64,000 nt of DNA from Patescibacteria group bacterium (GTDB lineage Bacteria > Patescibacteriota > Minisyncoccia > Phycocordibacterales > CSBR16-119): assembly GCA_030917865.1 (NCBI GenBank), contig JAUPTX010000001.1, forward strand, positions 365 to 64,364, in the 5' to 3' direction. A model generated the notes under the pieces. That model did no database searches, was not told the DNA's origin, and saw nothing but the letters and a program-made list of their open reading frames with translations. Positions 62,397-64,000 of this stretch are shown here, piece by piece; position 1 is the stretch's first letter; each line of letters starts with the position of its first letter. The position numbers and the translations under genes were made by a program.

Positions 62397-64000
62397 ATGT
62401 CATTTATAGGAAATTTAAAGGCTATTTTTGGGGATCAAAATCAATCCTTTTTAAATAAGGCTTCAAAAATAGTAGAAAAGGTAAATCTTTTAGAGAAAGA
62501 AATGGAAGTTCTAAAAGATGAAGATTTTAAGAATAAAACAGAGGAATTCAAAAAACGTTTAAGCGAAGGCTCTAAATTAGAAGATATTTTACCAGAAGCT
62601 TTTGCTCTTGTTCGTGAGGTTTCAAAAAGATACAAAAATCAAAGACACTACGATGTGCAAATCATCGGGGGTCTTGCAATACACGAAGGCAAGATTGCAG
62701 AGATGCGAACAGGAGAAGGAAAAACTTTGGTTGCAACATTGCCTGTTTATTTAAATGCACTAACTGGAAAAGGTGTTCATGTTGTTACTGTGAATGATTT
62801 CTTGGCGCGACGTGATGCGACTTGGATGGGAGAAATATATAGCAAGCTTGGTCTTTCTGTTGGTGTTGTTAATTCGCAAAATGTTTCTTATCTTTATGAT
62901 GAGGCTGTTGGTGTTGCGAGCGACGAGCAAAGAGATGAAGTTGGTTCTTTTAAAGTTGTTTATGATTTTCTAAAACCTTGTACACGAAAACAAGCTTACG
63001 ACGCAGATATAACTTATGGAACAAACAATGAATTTGGTTTTGATTATCTAAGAGATAATTTAGCTACAATTAAAAACGCCATCGTTCAAAGAGAGCACAA
63101 CTTTGCTGTTGTAGACGAGATAGACTCTATCTTAATAGATGAAGCTAGAACTCCTCTTATTATTTCTGCGCCAGCAGAAGATTCTGAAGATCTATATGTT
63201 AAGTTTTCTAAAATAGCAAAGAGTCTAAATAAAAACGAACACTACGAAGTAGACGAAAAATTAAAAGCAATAACTTTAAACGACGCAGGTATCGCGAAAG
63301 CCGAAGAACTTTTAGGTATTGAAAATATTTATACTGAAAAGGGAATCAAGTTGGTTCACCACTTAGAAACAGCCGTCCGGGCAGAAGCTCTCTTCACTTG
63401 TGACAAAGAATATGTTGTTAATAATGGCGAGGTGATCATAATCGACCAATCAACCGGCCGTATGATGCCAGGAAGAAGATTTAATCAGGGTCTTCATCAA
63501 GCTCTTGAGGCAAAAGAAGGCGTTCAGATTCAAAAAGAAACAAAAACTGTTGCATCTATTACGTATCAAAACTACTTTAAGTTTTATAAAAAACTTTCAG
63601 GTATGACAGGTACAGCTAAAACTTCTAGTGAAGAATTTTTTAGTGTTTATGGGCTCGATGTTATAACAATCCCAACCCATAGACCTATAAAAAGAGCTGA
63701 TTTAAATGACCAGATATACCAAACAGAAATTGGTAAATTTAAAGCTATCGCAAAAAGAGTAAAAGAAGTTCACTCTACTGGTCAGCCGATACTTATTGGT
63801 ACTATATCTATAGAAAGAAATGAAATGCTCTCTGATTTCTTGCAAAAAGAAGGTGTGCCACACACGATACTCAACGCTAAAAAGCACGAGAGCGAAGGAG
63901 AAATAATCGCAGGGGCGGGAAGACTCGGTGCTGTAACTATTGCTACAAACATGGCTGGGCGAGGTATTGATATAAAACTCGGCGGAGAGCTTGCAACACC
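62397..64000 (+). CDS. secA: Preprotein translocase ATPase SecA (3' end outside the window)
   Basis: The frame is open from the ATG at 62397 to the window end, so it is not in the ORF track. Contains MRTGEGKTLVATLPVYLNAL, VVTVNDFLARRD, VDEIDSILIDEARTPLIIS and GMTGTA. Confidence 0.95.
   Translation, partial: MSFIGNLKAIFGDQNQSFLNKASKIVEKVNLLEKEMEVLKDEDFKNKTEEFKKRLSEGSKLEDILPEAFALVREVSKRYKNQRHYDVQIIGGLAIHEGKIAEMRTGEGKTLVATLPVYLNALTGKGVHVVTVNDFLARRDATWMGEIYSKLGLSVGVVNSQNVSYLYDEAVGVASDEQRDEVGSFKVVYDFLKPCTRKQAYDADITYGTNNEFGFDYLRDNLATIKNAIVQREHNFAVVDEIDSILIDEARTPLIISAPAEDSEDLYVKFSKIAKSLNKNEHYEVDEKLKAITLNDAGIAKAEELLGIENIYTEKGIKLVHHLETAVRAEALFTCDKEYVVNNGEVIIIDQSTGRMMPGRRFNQGLHQALEAKEGVQIQKETKTVASITYQNYFKFYKKLSGMTGTAKTSSEEFFSVYGLDVITIPTHRPIKRADLNDQIYQTEIGKFKAIAKRVKEVHSTGQPILIGTISIERNEMLSDFLQKEGVPHTILNAKKHESEGEIIAGAGRLGAVTIATNMAGRGIDIKLGGELAT

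Overview
This is a low-GC (about one third G+C by eye), very gene-dense bacterial chromosome segment. It looks like a Candidate Phyla Radiation / Patescibacteria (Parcubacteria-like) genome.

Housekeeping content:
- The distal spc ribosomal operon, without L30: S14-S8-L6-L18-S5-L15-SecY, one antisense gene, then Adk-Map.
- Nucleotide-salvage genes adk, ndk and pyrG.
- infC-rpmI-rplT, truB, smpB-ssrA, ftsH, recG, ligA, gatC-gatA, prfB-ftsE-ftsX, typA, two beta-CASP nucleases (one is RNase J), secG and the 5' part of secA.
- A small two-component signalling neighbourhood.
- A secretin-less type IV pilus / competence locus: comFC, then pilM-N-O-x-B-T-C, a pilin, pilD and four minor pilins.
- Eight tRNA genes and one tmRNA. 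No rRNA, CRISPR array, transposase or integrase was seen.

Most unusual observations:
1. All three plus-strand tRNA loci (Ile-UAU, Ser-GCU, fMet) carry partial copies of the tRNA next to the intact gene.
2. Four orphan ORF islets lie beside tRNA/tmRNA genes. By approximate hand counts they run about 10-15 points higher in G+C than the background.
3. A 190-nt, almost fully base-paired element lies between two tRNA-Ser genes. It is closed by an acceptor-like 9-bp stem and ends in ACCA.
4. There are two rare anticodons: tRNA-Ser(ACU) and tRNA-Ile(UAU).
5. A 913-aa soluble VirD4/TraD-type ATPase with a large uncharacterised N-terminal region follows map, where the ribosomal super-operon normally continues.
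6. A membrane-anchored protein with an Rx4H (HEPN-like) motif occupies the gatB position.

All functional calls come from motif and synteny recognition by eye. No database search, folding or statistics could be run. RNA and hairpin coordinates may be off by 1-2 nt.
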